From contig JALHOO010000001.1 in assembly GCA_022842945.1 (NCBI GenBank), positions 93,830 through 157,829 on the forward strand: DNA of 64,000 nt. Reading direction: 5' to 3'. Of the stretch, positions 8,768-17,853 are shown one piece after another. Position 1 is the first letter of the stretch. Every line of letters starts with the position of its first letter. A program made the translations under genes and the position numbers. Origin of the DNA: Minisyncoccota bacterium. Lineage in GTDB: Bacteria > Patescibacteriota > Minisyncoccia > Phycocordibacterales > Phycocordibacteraceae. The notes below the pieces were generated by a model. It was not told where the DNA came from and ran no database searches. It worked only from the letters and a program-made list of their open reading frames with translations.

Positions 8768-9661
8768 ATGGCTAACCGACATCTTGCACGCTCCGTCGTC
8801 CTTCAGACGCTATTCGAGTGGGACACCTCGAATCTCTCTGATGCAGACGCAACCGTTGCGCTCCAGCGTAACGTTGAGGAGTTCGGTGGAGATGATACGG
8901 ATCGGCCCTTTATGGAAACCCTCCTTGCAGGCGTACTCGCTAAGCGCCCTGATCTTGATCTCGTTATAACGAAGGCCGCGCCAGACTGGCCTCTTGAGCG
9001 TATTGCTCCAGTTGATCGCAACATTCTACGTATTGGTCTCTACGAGCTTTTGTTCGCAGACCGCACGCAGGTACCGGCAAAGGTTGCTATTAACGAAGCT
9101 ATTGAGCTCGCGAAGGTATTCGGCGGAGACTCATCCGGCAGGTTTGTGAACGGCGTACTTGGTGCCGTATACAAGGAGCTTGGGGAACCCGGAAAGGAAG
9201 AGACGGGCAAGAAGGAGCGCGTGAAGCGCGAAGACCTTCCAGTTGAAGAGCTCGGAGGTGCCATCGTATACGCGTATCACGAAGGCCAGTACTATCTCGC
9301 ACTCGTACACGACGTATTCGGACACTGGACCCTTTCTAAAGGAAAGATTCCTCAAGGCACAAGCATTGAGGAGGGAACGATAGAGGGTCTTCGAGACGAG
9401 CTTGGTCTTCCGTCCGTCATTAAAGACAAGATTGGCGAGAACGAGTACATCGCAAGCCATCCGGAGAAGGGAAAGATACGCAAGCACGTGTCGTACTTCC
9501 TCGCTGAGGCGCCGTACATGGAGCTCACGCTTGAGAAGAAGGGAGGACTGGACGACGCACGTTGGTTCCGTCTCACGGATATCCTCGAACTCAACTTCTA
9601 CGACGACATGCTTCCTATTGTGACCGAGGCAGTGCAGAAACTCCTCGACAAAGCGCGCTAG
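8768..9661 (+). CDS. nusB: NusB-like antitermination domain fused to a Nudix hydrolase domain
   Basis: N-terminal half LARSVVLQTLFEWD...VDRNILRIGLYELLF is NusB-like. The C-terminal half contains a Nudix-like segment (GKIPQGTSIEEGTIEGLRDELGL). The start is moved to the ATG at 8768 because 8660 overlaps the rpmF terminator. Confidence 0.75.
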   Translation: MANRHLARSVVLQTLFEWDTSNLSDADATVALQRNVEEFGGDDTDRPFMETLLAGVLAKRPDLDLVITKAAPDWPLERIAPVDRNILRIGLYELLFADRTQVPAKVAINEAIELAKVFGGDSSGRFVNGVLGAVYKELGEPGKEETGKKERVKREDLPVEELGGAIVYAYHEGQYYLALVHDVFGHWTLSKGKIPQGTSIEEGTIEGLRDELGLPSVIKDKIGENEYIASHPEKGKIRKHVSYFLAEAPYMELTLEKKGGLDDARWFRLTDILELNFYDDMLPIVTEAVQKLLDKAR

Positions 9662-9695
9662 TTCACATTACGCAATTATCTGGTATAATGCGGTT

Positions 9696-10382
9696 ATGTC
9701 AGACTTCGCCGCACATGCGCAAGCTCTCGGGCTATCATTCAACAACCTCGGTCTCCTAACCGAGGCGTTGACGCATCGCTCGTATCTAAACGAGAACCGC
9801 ACCACCTCCGGCAAGCATAACGAGCGCCTTGAGTTCCTTGGAGATGCGGTGCTTGAGCTTGCGGTTACGCACTTCCTGTTCGAGCGCTTTCCACACAAGC
9901 CTGAGGGAGACCTCACGGCGTTTCGTGCGGCACTCGTAAACACGTACTCGCTAGCAGAGACTGCAGAAGGCCTTGGCGTGAACGACATGCTGCTTCTTTC
10001 TAAGGGAGAGAAGAAGGATGTGGGACGTGCACGCCAGATTATCCTCGCCAACGCATTTGAGGCGATACTCGGTGCCATCTATCTTGATCAAGGGTATGAC
10101 GCGGCTGAAGCCTTTGTTGCAAAGAACCTCTATCCAAAGATTGAGACCGTTATCCAGAACCGCACCTGGCAGGACGCGAAGAGCCAGTTCCAGGAAGTAG
10201 CGCAGGAGAAGAAGAACGTTACCCCAACCTACAAGACCCTCAAGGAATCAGGCCCTGATCACGACAAGCAGTTTACGGTTGGTGTGTTTCTTGCGGACAA
10301 GGAGATTGCGCGCGGAGACGGGAAGAGCAAGCAAGAGGCGGAGCAGGCAGCGGCACAAGGAGCGCTCGAGAAGATTCAATAA
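9696..10382 (+). CDS. rnc: ribonuclease III
   Basis: ERLEFLGDAVLEL signature and a C-terminal dsRBD. Confidence 0.92.
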   Translation: MSDFAAHAQALGLSFNNLGLLTEALTHRSYLNENRTTSGKHNERLEFLGDAVLELAVTHFLFERFPHKPEGDLTAFRAALVNTYSLAETAEGLGVNDMLLLSKGEKKDVGRARQIILANAFEAILGAIYLDQGYDAAEAFVAKNLYPKIETVIQNRTWQDAKSQFQEVAQEKKNVTPTYKTLKESGPDHDKQFTVGVFLADKEIARGDGKSKQEAEQAAAQGALEKIQ

Positions 10383-10398
10383 GAAAGACACGCATATA

Positions 10399-10427
10399 CC
10401 CGCCTCCCTATAGAAGGCGGGCTTTTG
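10399..10427 (+). terminator. rnc intrinsic terminator
   Basis: CCCGCC...GGCGGG stem followed by CTTTT. Confidence 0.55.
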
Positions 10428-10448
10428 CATGCGCTATACTAGACGCAA

Positions 10449-12665
10449 ATGCTGAAGCGGCTTGAGATCGCTGGGTTCAAATCATTCGCGCGGAAGACCG
10501 TGCTTGATTTCTCGTCGTCGGTTACGTCGGTTGTGGGACCAAACGGGTCGGGTAAGTCGAACGTGGCGGAAGCCTTCCGCTTCGCGCTTGGCGAGCAGTC
10601 CATGAAGAGCATGCGCGGCAAGCGTAGCGAAGACCTTATTTGGTCCGGATCTAATATCGCACCCCGTGCTAACCGTGCTGCCGTTACGATTGTGTTCGAC
10701 AACACGAAGCGCATCTTCCCGCAGCTTGAGTTCGATGAGGTGGCAATTGAACGTGCGGTGTTCCGTGACGGCGCAAGCGAGTACGCTATCAATGGTTCGA
10801 AGACGAGACTGCGTGACGTACAGGAGCTTCTCGCAAGCGCGAACATTGGCGAGACCGGACACCACATCATCTCGCAAGGAGAGGCAGACCGTATTCTCTC
10901 GTCCGCGCCCAAAGAGCGCCGTAGCATGCTTGAGGACGCACTTGGTCTTAAGGTATTTGAATTCAAGAAGCAGGAAGCCGAACGAAAGCTCGAGCGCACG
11001 GAGGAGAACGTCCAGCAGGTGGAGGCACTTCGCCGGGAGATTGCACCGCACATCAGATTCCTCGCAAAGCAGGTAGAACGACTGGATCGTGCTGAGGAGC
11101 TTGCGAAAGAACTTCGTGCGCTCTGCCAGACGTACTTTGCTATTGAAGAGGCGTATCTGCGTATTGAGCGCACTGCAACGGAGGAGAAACTCCGTATTGT
11201 TTCTGAGAGTCTCGCAGTACTTGAAGCAGAACTCCGTACCTTCGAAGAGCGTGTAACAGTTGATGTTGAAGGCATCAAGCGGTCTGAAGCCGTGCGCTCT
11301 TGCGAGAAGGAACTCGACCGTCTAACCGGAGAACGTTCTGAGCTTGCGAGAGAGATTGGACGCGTTGAGGGAGCGTTAAACGAAGCAAAGCGCCGCAGTG
11401 TAGCGGTTGCGCACGATCCGTACGTAAAGGTATCTCGCGACGATATGACGGCGCTACGGGATGAGGTGGAGAGTCAGGTGCGCGCGGTTGAGCATGCAGA
11501 CCACGGTGCACTCCATGCAGCTCTTCAGACACTCCGGACCGCTATAACGGCGTTCTTTGAGCGCTACGTATCTGGTTCTGATGACTTCATGCCTGAAGAA
11601 GAGCAGGTAGCGCACGAGCTTGCTGCAAAGCACCTGGAGCTCATGCGCAAAGACACGGAGTTTTCTGAGTCGGTTGCGAAAGCGAGAGAGCTTCTGCGAA
11701 ACGCACGTGAAGCAACTATGGCGTACGAGGAAACCGGACGTGAACAGAATCGTCGCCTTCTTGATTTGGCAGAGGAGAAGGCTACGGCTGAGAGCGAGCG
11801 CTCACGCTTAGCTTCCCGCATGGGCGAGCTCGATTATCTATACGAAGACCTGGAGCAAGGGAAGCGGGAGGCGGTTGCGCTCGTTGGAGTGAACGCACTC
11901 TCGTACGACGCGGTACAGGCGCTTCCGAACGAAGACCGTAGGGCGCAGGAGGACAGGAAGCGCACCATGGAGCGTCTGAAGATTCGCGTTGAAGAGGCGG
12001 GAGGTTCAGGCGAGGATGTCCGCAGCGAATACAAGGAGGCAACAGACCGCGAGGCATTCCTGGCAAGCGAGCTTGAAGACCTGGCGAAGTCCGCAGCAGG
12101 TCTCAAAGAACTTATCGCTGAACTCGATACCGAGCTCCAGAAGAGTTTTGCAGAGGGTCTGCAAAAGGTTAACGCATCGTTCGGCGAGTTCTTCAGTCTT
12201 ATGTTTGGCGGGGGAGGCGCAAGGCTTGTGCTTGAAGAGTTTGCGGCCCCAGACGAAGAGGACGAGGAGTTTGAAGAAGACGCACAGCCAAAGCGTGCGA
12301 AGAATGCAAAGCCAGGTATTGAGATATCGGTTAACCTGCCTAAGAAGCGCGTGCAGGCACTCATGCAGCTCTCTGGAGGAGAGCGTGCACTCACTTCCAT
12401 TGCGCTTATCTTCGCGATGAGTCAGGTGAACCCACCACCGTTCCTTATTCTCGACGAGACGGACGCTGCTCTCGACGAGGCAAACAGCCGCCGCTATGGA
12501 GACATGATTGAGAACCTCTCAAGCAAGTCTCAGCTCATTGTTATCACGCACAACCGCGAGACTATGAGTCGCGCGGGTATTCTGTACGGCGTAACTATGG
12601 GAGCGGACGGTATTTCTAAACTCCTCTCCGTTAAGTTTGAGGAAGCGGTGTCGGTCGCGAAGTAG
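10449..12665 (+). CDS. smc: short SMC-family chromosome segregation ATPase (738 aa)
   Basis: N-terminal Walker A VVGPNGSGKSNV, C-terminal LSGGERALTSIAL signature and LILDETDAALD Walker B. The coiled-coil region is much shorter than in canonical ~1180-aa SMC. Confidence 0.85.
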   Translation: MLKRLEIAGFKSFARKTVLDFSSSVTSVVGPNGSGKSNVAEAFRFALGEQSMKSMRGKRSEDLIWSGSNIAPRANRAAVTIVFDNTKRIFPQLEFDEVAIERAVFRDGASEYAINGSKTRLRDVQELLASANIGETGHHIISQGEADRILSSAPKERRSMLEDALGLKVFEFKKQEAERKLERTEENVQQVEALRREIAPHIRFLAKQVERLDRAEELAKELRALCQTYFAIEEAYLRIERTATEEKLRIVSESLAVLEAELRTFEERVTVDVEGIKRSEAVRSCEKELDRLTGERSELAREIGRVEGALNEAKRRSVAVAHDPYVKVSRDDMTALRDEVESQVRAVEHADHGALHAALQTLRTAITAFFERYVSGSDDFMPEEEQVAHELAAKHLELMRKDTEFSESVAKARELLRNAREATMAYEETGREQNRRLLDLAEEKATAESERSRLASRMGELDYLYEDLEQGKREAVALVGVNALSYDAVQALPNEDRRAQEDRKRTMERLKIRVEEAGGSGEDVRSEYKEATDREAFLASELEDLAKSAAGLKELIAELDTELQKSFAEGLQKVNASFGEFFSLMFGGGGARLVLEEFAAPDEEDEEFEEDAQPKRAKNAKPGIEISVNLPKKRVQALMQLSGGERALTSIALIFAMSQVNPPPFLILDETDAALDEANSRRYGDMIENLSSKSQLIVITHNRETMSRAGILYGVTMGADGISKLLSVKFEEAVSVAK

Positions 12666-13006
12666 GTTGCATTTTTATAGGTGTGTGTTATATTGAAAAC
12701 AGCACTGAACACAAGAAGTACACCTGCATGAGAGACACTGGAAGTATGTGGAATCCGGACAAAGCCTACCTGTCAGGAAATCGAAGCACGGTGGGGTCAG
12801 GCGATGCTATCCCTGGGAGAGCTGGTTTGTACGCAGAGATAGTTTCCTGCTCGCCAAACCGGCCTATCGTACCGCCCACACCCCCGCTTCAGAAATAAGG
12901 AAAGGAGAAAAGAGCTCCACGGCACTTGTGTCCGTGGGGTTTTCTTTATCCCCATAGACGCTTTTTGTAAGAAGCGTATGCTTTCCACACCTAACCAACA
13001 CTATCC

Positions 13007-14233
13007 ATGGCCGCATTCGAATACTTCAAGCACAACGTAGGGAAAGCCGCTGACTTGCTCAAGCTCTCAGAAGAGGAGCGCGCTCTCTTCATGACGCCAG
13101 ACCGTGTCCTTAAGGCTGAGCTCGAGGTCTCCATGGACGACGGGCGCATCGAAACGTTCCCGGCGTACCGTGTGCAGTTCAACAACGCGCGCGGTCCGTA
13201 CAAGGGCGGCATACGCTTCCATAAGGACGCAGATGAGGACGAGGTTATGGCTCTTGCTGCCATGATGGCTATTAAGTGCGCGGTTGTTGATATTCCGTTT
13301 GGAGGCGCTAAGGGCGGGGTAACGGTTGATCCGAAGAAACTGTCCGAAGGAGAGCTGGAGCGTCTCTCACGTGCGTATGTGAGAGCGTTCGCAGACAACC
13401 TCGGACCTGATACAGACGTGCCAGCTCCAGACGTCTACACCAACCCTGAGATCATGAGAATCATGCTCGACGAGTACGAGACTCTAACGGGTACCAAAGC
13501 GCCTGCGATGATAACAGGAAAGCCTCTTGAGAACGGGGGAAGCCTTGGGCGCGATACGGCAACGGCAGACGGTGCTATCTATGTGCTCGAAGCACTCCTT
13601 GAGGACCAGCACCGCAGTCTTGAGGGCGTGGAGGTGGCGGTGCAGGGAGCGGGGAATGCAGGCGCACAGGCGGCACGTCTCGTTGAAGCGCATGGCGGGA
13701 AGGTAGTGGCTCTCGCAGATAGTCATGGCTCGCTCCTTAACCCAGAGGGTATCGATACGAGTGCAGTGCTCGCGCTCAAAGCTAACGGCGCTTCAGTGCA
13801 TGACGCGGTAGATTTTGGAACAGCTGGAAATGCCGAGGCCGTTATTAGTGCTGTCTGCGACGTACTTATTCCCGCGGCTCTTGAAGAGGTTATAACCGCA
13901 AAGAATGCAGGAACGGTTATGGCAACGGTAGTGCTTGAAGTTGCCAACGGTCCGGTTACTCCTGAAGCAGATGAGCTCCTCACCGCACGTGCTATTGGTG
14001 TGGTGCCGGACGTGCTTGCGAACGCAGGCGGTGTAACGGTGTCGTACTTCGAATGGCTTCAGAACCGTGCGGGTGAGGTGTGGACACACGAGCGCGTTAC
14101 GGAGCGCTTGAAGGACACGATGCGTGATGCATACCGTGACGTAGCTGACTTTGCCTACGAGCGCGGTATTACGCTTCGCGAGGCTGCCTACGCACTTGCC
14201 CTTACGCGCATCCTTGCGGCGAGGAAGCTGTAG
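13007..14233 (+). CDS. gdhA: glutamate dehydrogenase (Glu/Leu/Phe/Val dehydrogenase family)
   Basis: KGGIRFH motif, GGAKGG catalytic glycine-rich region and a Rossmann GAGNAG motif. Confidence 0.92.
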   Translation: MAAFEYFKHNVGKAADLLKLSEEERALFMTPDRVLKAELEVSMDDGRIETFPAYRVQFNNARGPYKGGIRFHKDADEDEVMALAAMMAIKCAVVDIPFGGAKGGVTVDPKKLSEGELERLSRAYVRAFADNLGPDTDVPAPDVYTNPEIMRIMLDEYETLTGTKAPAMITGKPLENGGSLGRDTATADGAIYVLEALLEDQHRSLEGVEVAVQGAGNAGAQAARLVEAHGGKVVALADSHGSLLNPEGIDTSAVLALKANGASVHDAVDFGTAGNAEAVISAVCDVLIPAALEEVITAKNAGTVMATVVLEVANGPVTPEADELLTARAIGVVPDVLANAGGVTVSYFEWLQNRAGEVWTHERVTERLKDTMRDAYRDVADFAYERGITLREAAYALALTRILAARKL

Positions 14234-14244
14234 AATAGGAGCAT

Positions 14245-14598
14245 ATGGAAACACTTCAAGGCGCGTGCCACTGCAGGAATATTAGATACGAGGTAGAGCT
14301 CGACCTCATGCAGCCGGTTATTGAGTGCAACTGCTCGCACTGCCAGATGAAGGGATTCCTTCTTCAGTTCACCACCCCTGAGAAGTTTTCGATTCTCCAA
14401 GGAGAGGAGGAATTGAAGACGTATCGCTTCAACAAGCATGTTATCGAGCATATGTTCTGTTCAGACTGCGGTGTAGAACCGTTTGGAAAGGGGAACAATC
14501 CGGACGGAAGTCCTGCGATTGCGATTAACGTGCGTACGATTGATGGGGTCGATGTGCCAGCCTTGAATCGAATGCCGTACGACGGGAAGAATATGTAA
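14245..14598 (+). CDS. GFA-family (glutathione-dependent formaldehyde-activating/CENP-V-like) zinc protein
   Basis: Cys pattern CHC...CNCSHC...CSDCG typical of the GFA fold. Confidence 0.75.
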   Translation: METLQGACHCRNIRYEVELDLMQPVIECNCSHCQMKGFLLQFTTPEKFSILQGEEELKTYRFNKHVIEHMFCSDCGVEPFGKGNNPDGSPAIAINVRTIDGVDVPALNRMPYDGKNM

Positions 14599-14634
14599 AA
14601 GCAAAAGCGCCGCATCTGCGGCGCTTTTGCTTCT
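14597..14634. terminator. bidirectional terminator between the GFA gene (+) and rnr (-)
   Basis: AAAAGCAAAAGCGCCGCA-TCT-GCGGCGCTTTTGCTTTT, with A/T tracts on both sides. Confidence 0.6.
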
Positions 14635-14638
14635 GTCT

Positions 14639-16603
14639 TTACGCTTTCTTTACGATCTCGAAGTCGAGCTCGCGCTCTGCAAGACGCGCATCAACGAGCT
14701 TCACGCGGATTGGGTCTCCAAGCGCATACTCAACCTTTGTCTTCTCGCCAACGAGGCGGTATCGCTTCTCGTCATAGATGAAGTAGTCGTCACCGATGTT
14801 GCGGATACGAATCATGCCCTCAGCACGAGACTCTTGAAGTTCAACAAAGAGTCCACGGTCTGAGACGCCTGAGATAACGGCATCGAACTCTTCTCCCACA
14901 TGCTCCATCATGTACTCAACCTGTTTCATTTTGATAGAGTCGCGCTCCGCTTCAACGGCGGAAACCTCGCGCTCGGAAGAATGCATGGCAAGTTGGTCGA
15001 GCTCTCCCTTCTCTTCGTTTGAGAATGGGGTGCCAACGGTGTAGTGCTTGGTTAGGCGGTGGATGAGGAGGTCTGGATAGCGACGGATAGGGGAGGTGAA
15101 GTGTGTGTAGAACTCAAAGGCAAGCCCGAAGTGTCCGCCGTTCTTTGTGGCGTACACCGCTTTGGACATGGAGCGGAGCGCGGCAACCTTGATGAGATAC
15201 TCCTCAGGCTTTCCAATAACCTGCGAGAGAAGCGCATTAATGTCTGCACCTTTCACTTTGCCAGCAACAACCGGAAGCTCATATCCCATAACTTTTAGGA
15301 ACTGCGAGAGGTTCTCGATGCGATCCTGGTCCGGGGACTCGTGCACGCGGTAGATACTCTGTGACTTTGTCTTCTTCACTTCAGTTGAGAGGAACTCTGC
15401 AACGGCTTCGTTCGCGAGCAACATGAAGTCCTCGATAACAAGCATGGTGTCGATGCGATTCTTGAGAAGAATCTCAACCGGCTTTCCTGTCTCGTCGAGC
15501 AAGATCTTTACCTCAGGGGTATCAAACGCAATAGCGCCCTTGGCAACGCGACGTGCACGAATCTTGTCGGCGAGCATCTTTAGGGTGTTGAGCTCTTCAA
15601 GCATGATGCCGTCTTGCTTGTTGAGTACTTCCTGCGCTTCTTCGTACGTGAAGCGCTTGTCTGAGTGGATAACGGTTGGACCAAACCAGCGAGAGACGAT
15701 ACCCGCTTCCTTGTTGAGCTCGAACACCGCCGACATCGAGAGGCGGTCTTCGTTTGGGTTTAGGGAACAGAGATCCGTTGAGAGGATGTGCGGAAGCATC
15801 GGGATGGTGCGGTCTACGAGGTATACCGACGTAGCGCGCTTCCTTGCCTCGTTATCTATCTGCGTTCCAGGACGCACGAAGTGAGAGACGTCAGCAATGT
15901 GCACACCAATCTCGTAGTTGCCGTTTGGAAGCACCTTTACCGAAAGGGCATCGTCGAAGTCCTTCGCATCGAACGGGTCAATGGTGAAGGTGGTGGTGCC
16001 GCGGAAGTCCTTGCGGGTGCCGGCAGCAACTTCCTGGTCTGCACCGTCTTTCAACATCTGACGTCCGTGAGTCTCCAGGTATTGCGCTTCAGTTTGTACG
16101 CCAGGCGGGAAGTCAGAACGGAATCCTTGCGAGAGTGCGAGTGCACGCATTTCGGTCTCATGTTCTCCAGCAGGACCAATGATCTCCTCGAGTTCTCCCC
16201 ACGGGTATGGCTGGTGCTGGTTCCATCCTTTGAAGCGGATGATTACCTTGTGTCCCAAAGGAAGCGACTCTCCCTTAACCACAAACGGCACGTACATTTT
16301 CTTCCAGTCTGGAATAAGCATGGTGAGGTTCTCCTCTTTGTTCTCAACGAGCTTTCCAACAAAGGTCTCACGAGCGCGGCCGGTTACTTCAACTACTTTT
16401 CCTGCAGCACGCTTCTTGCCGGTGCGCTGGTCGGTGTCGTATCCCGTGAAAGAGACCTTCACCGTGTCGCCAGGGAAGGCACCTCCCAGGTTCTCGCCAG
16501 CGATGAACATGTCCTCCTCGTTGGGGTCGTAGGAGAAGAATCCCTTACCAGTTTTTATGATCGTAATGGGTCCTTCGTAGATAGTGTCTTTCTGTAGGGG
16601 CAT
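14639..16603 (-). CDS. rnr: ribonuclease R (RNB family 3'-5' exoribonuclease with S1 domain)
   Basis: 654 aa with an RNB catalytic core and C-terminal S1 domain. Confidence 0.9.
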   Translation of the reverse strand: MPLQKDTIYEGPITIIKTGKGFFSYDPNEEDMFIAGENLGGAFPGDTVKVSFTGYDTDQRTGKKRAAGKVVEVTGRARETFVGKLVENKEENLTMLIPDWKKMYVPFVVKGESLPLGHKVIIRFKGWNQHQPYPWGELEEIIGPAGEHETEMRALALSQGFRSDFPPGVQTEAQYLETHGRQMLKDGADQEVAAGTRKDFRGTTTFTIDPFDAKDFDDALSVKVLPNGNYEIGVHIADVSHFVRPGTQIDNEARKRATSVYLVDRTIPMLPHILSTDLCSLNPNEDRLSMSAVFELNKEAGIVSRWFGPTVIHSDKRFTYEEAQEVLNKQDGIMLEELNTLKMLADKIRARRVAKGAIAFDTPEVKILLDETGKPVEILLKNRIDTMLVIEDFMLLANEAVAEFLSTEVKKTKSQSIYRVHESPDQDRIENLSQFLKVMGYELPVVAGKVKGADINALLSQVIGKPEEYLIKVAALRSMSKAVYATKNGGHFGLAFEFYTHFTSPIRRYPDLLIHRLTKHYTVGTPFSNEEKGELDQLAMHSSEREVSAVEAERDSIKMKQVEYMMEHVGEEFDAVISGVSDRGLFVELQESRAEGMIRIRNIGDDYFIYDEKRYRLVGEKTKVEYALGDPIRVKLVDARLAERELDFEIVKKA

Positions 16604-16942
16604 AGTGTTTACAACTCTATCAGACGTATCTGTATTTGCTATGATTTATAGGTCGGCTCCGTCGACGATCCTGAGAACCTGGGGCGGCTGTCTTTTCTAG
16701 ACGCCGCCCCTTCTTTACTCTCCTGCGCTCAGGTTTGTTGATTGCATTCTCTACGGATAAGGGTATCGTTAGGATACTGCTCGGTACTGGTGTGTGAGCA
16801 GGGACGCGTCGCGTCCGAGGGTGGCGGGCCTTAGGCCCCTGGGGCCCGCCACCTCTTTTGCGCCCGGTTTCATTCCGGGCGCTCTCTATGTAAAGGCCTT
16901 GTTTGACCCATAACCGTATATCTGGTACGCTTCCCGCTACAT

Positions 16943-17446
16943 ATGTTGATGATCCGATTCCAGAGAATAGGCCGTAGGAACGATGCGTCGTTCCGCATGG
17001 CGGTGCTTGAGAAAACTGCCGGCCCAAAGGCGGGTAAGTACGTCGACCTCGTAGGTAGCTACAACCCAAAGACTAAGCAGATTACGTACAAGGCAGACCG
17101 TATCAAGGACTGGATTGGAAAGGGTGCACAGGTATCTCCAAGCCTTAAGAACCTCCTTATCAAGAACGGCGTTCTCGAAGGATCTATGACCCCGGTTATC
17201 TCAAAGAAGAATCTTGAGAAGAACATTGCGAAGAAGAAGGCTGAGGACGAGGCTGCTGCCCTAAAGGCTGCTGAGGAGAAGGCAAAGGCAGACGCTGCTG
17301 CAGCCGCTGCCGCTGAGGAAGCTGCAAACGCTCCTCAAGAAGAGGCTGCTCCCGAAGAAGCTCCTGTAGCTGAGGAAGCACCTGCTGAGGCTCCTGTAGA
17401 GGAAGCTGCTCCTGAAGAGACAAAGGAAGAAGAGCCAGCTGCGTAA
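16943..17446 (+). CDS. rpsP: 30S ribosomal protein S16 with an ~80-aa Ala/Glu/Pro-rich C-terminal tail
   Basis: MIRFQRIGRRNDASFRMAVLEK...GSYNP matches the S16 core; the tail is AAAAAEEAANAPQEEAAPEEAP... Confidence 0.88.
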   Translation: MLMIRFQRIGRRNDASFRMAVLEKTAGPKAGKYVDLVGSYNPKTKQITYKADRIKDWIGKGAQVSPSLKNLLIKNGVLEGSMTPVISKKNLEKNIAKKKAEDEAAALKAAEEKAKADAAAAAAAEEAANAPQEEAAPEEAPVAEEAPAEAPVEEAAPEETKEEEPAA

Positions 17447-17515
17447 GCAGACCTTCTTTGTGAGCGCTCGCTCGCATTACTCATACTGAATATCCCGTAC
17501 CGCTGACACGATTCT

Positions 17516-17821
17516 ATGGAACAAGACCACGCATACCTCGATTTCACTATCAAAGCCCTCGTCGACAACCCTGACGCGGTTGTTATCAATCGTTCCGTAG
17601 ATGAGATGGGTGTCCTCCTTACCCTCACGGTTTCTCCGGACGACATGGGCAAGATAATCGGCAAGGACGGCAACATTGCGAAAGCCATCCGCACACTCCT
17701 GCGCGTTGTGGGTATGAAGCACAATGCGCGTGTGAACCTAAAGATTAACGAACCTCTAGGAGGAAAGCACTTCGAAGGAGAGAACCGCTCTCTTGATCAG
17801 GTGCTTGGCGACATCGCGTAA
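17516..17821 (+). CDS. KH-domain RNA-binding protein (YlqC/UPF0109 family)
   Basis: Conserved position between rpsP and trmD; GKIIGKDGNIAKAIRTL KH motif. Confidence 0.8.
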   Translation: MEQDHAYLDFTIKALVDNPDAVVINRSVDEMGVLLTLTVSPDDMGKIIGKDGNIAKAIRTLLRVVGMKHNARVNLKINEPLGGKHFEGENRSLDQVLGDIA

Positions 17822-17853
17822 CAGAAAGCGGCTCTGCCGCTTCTTTTCGATCT

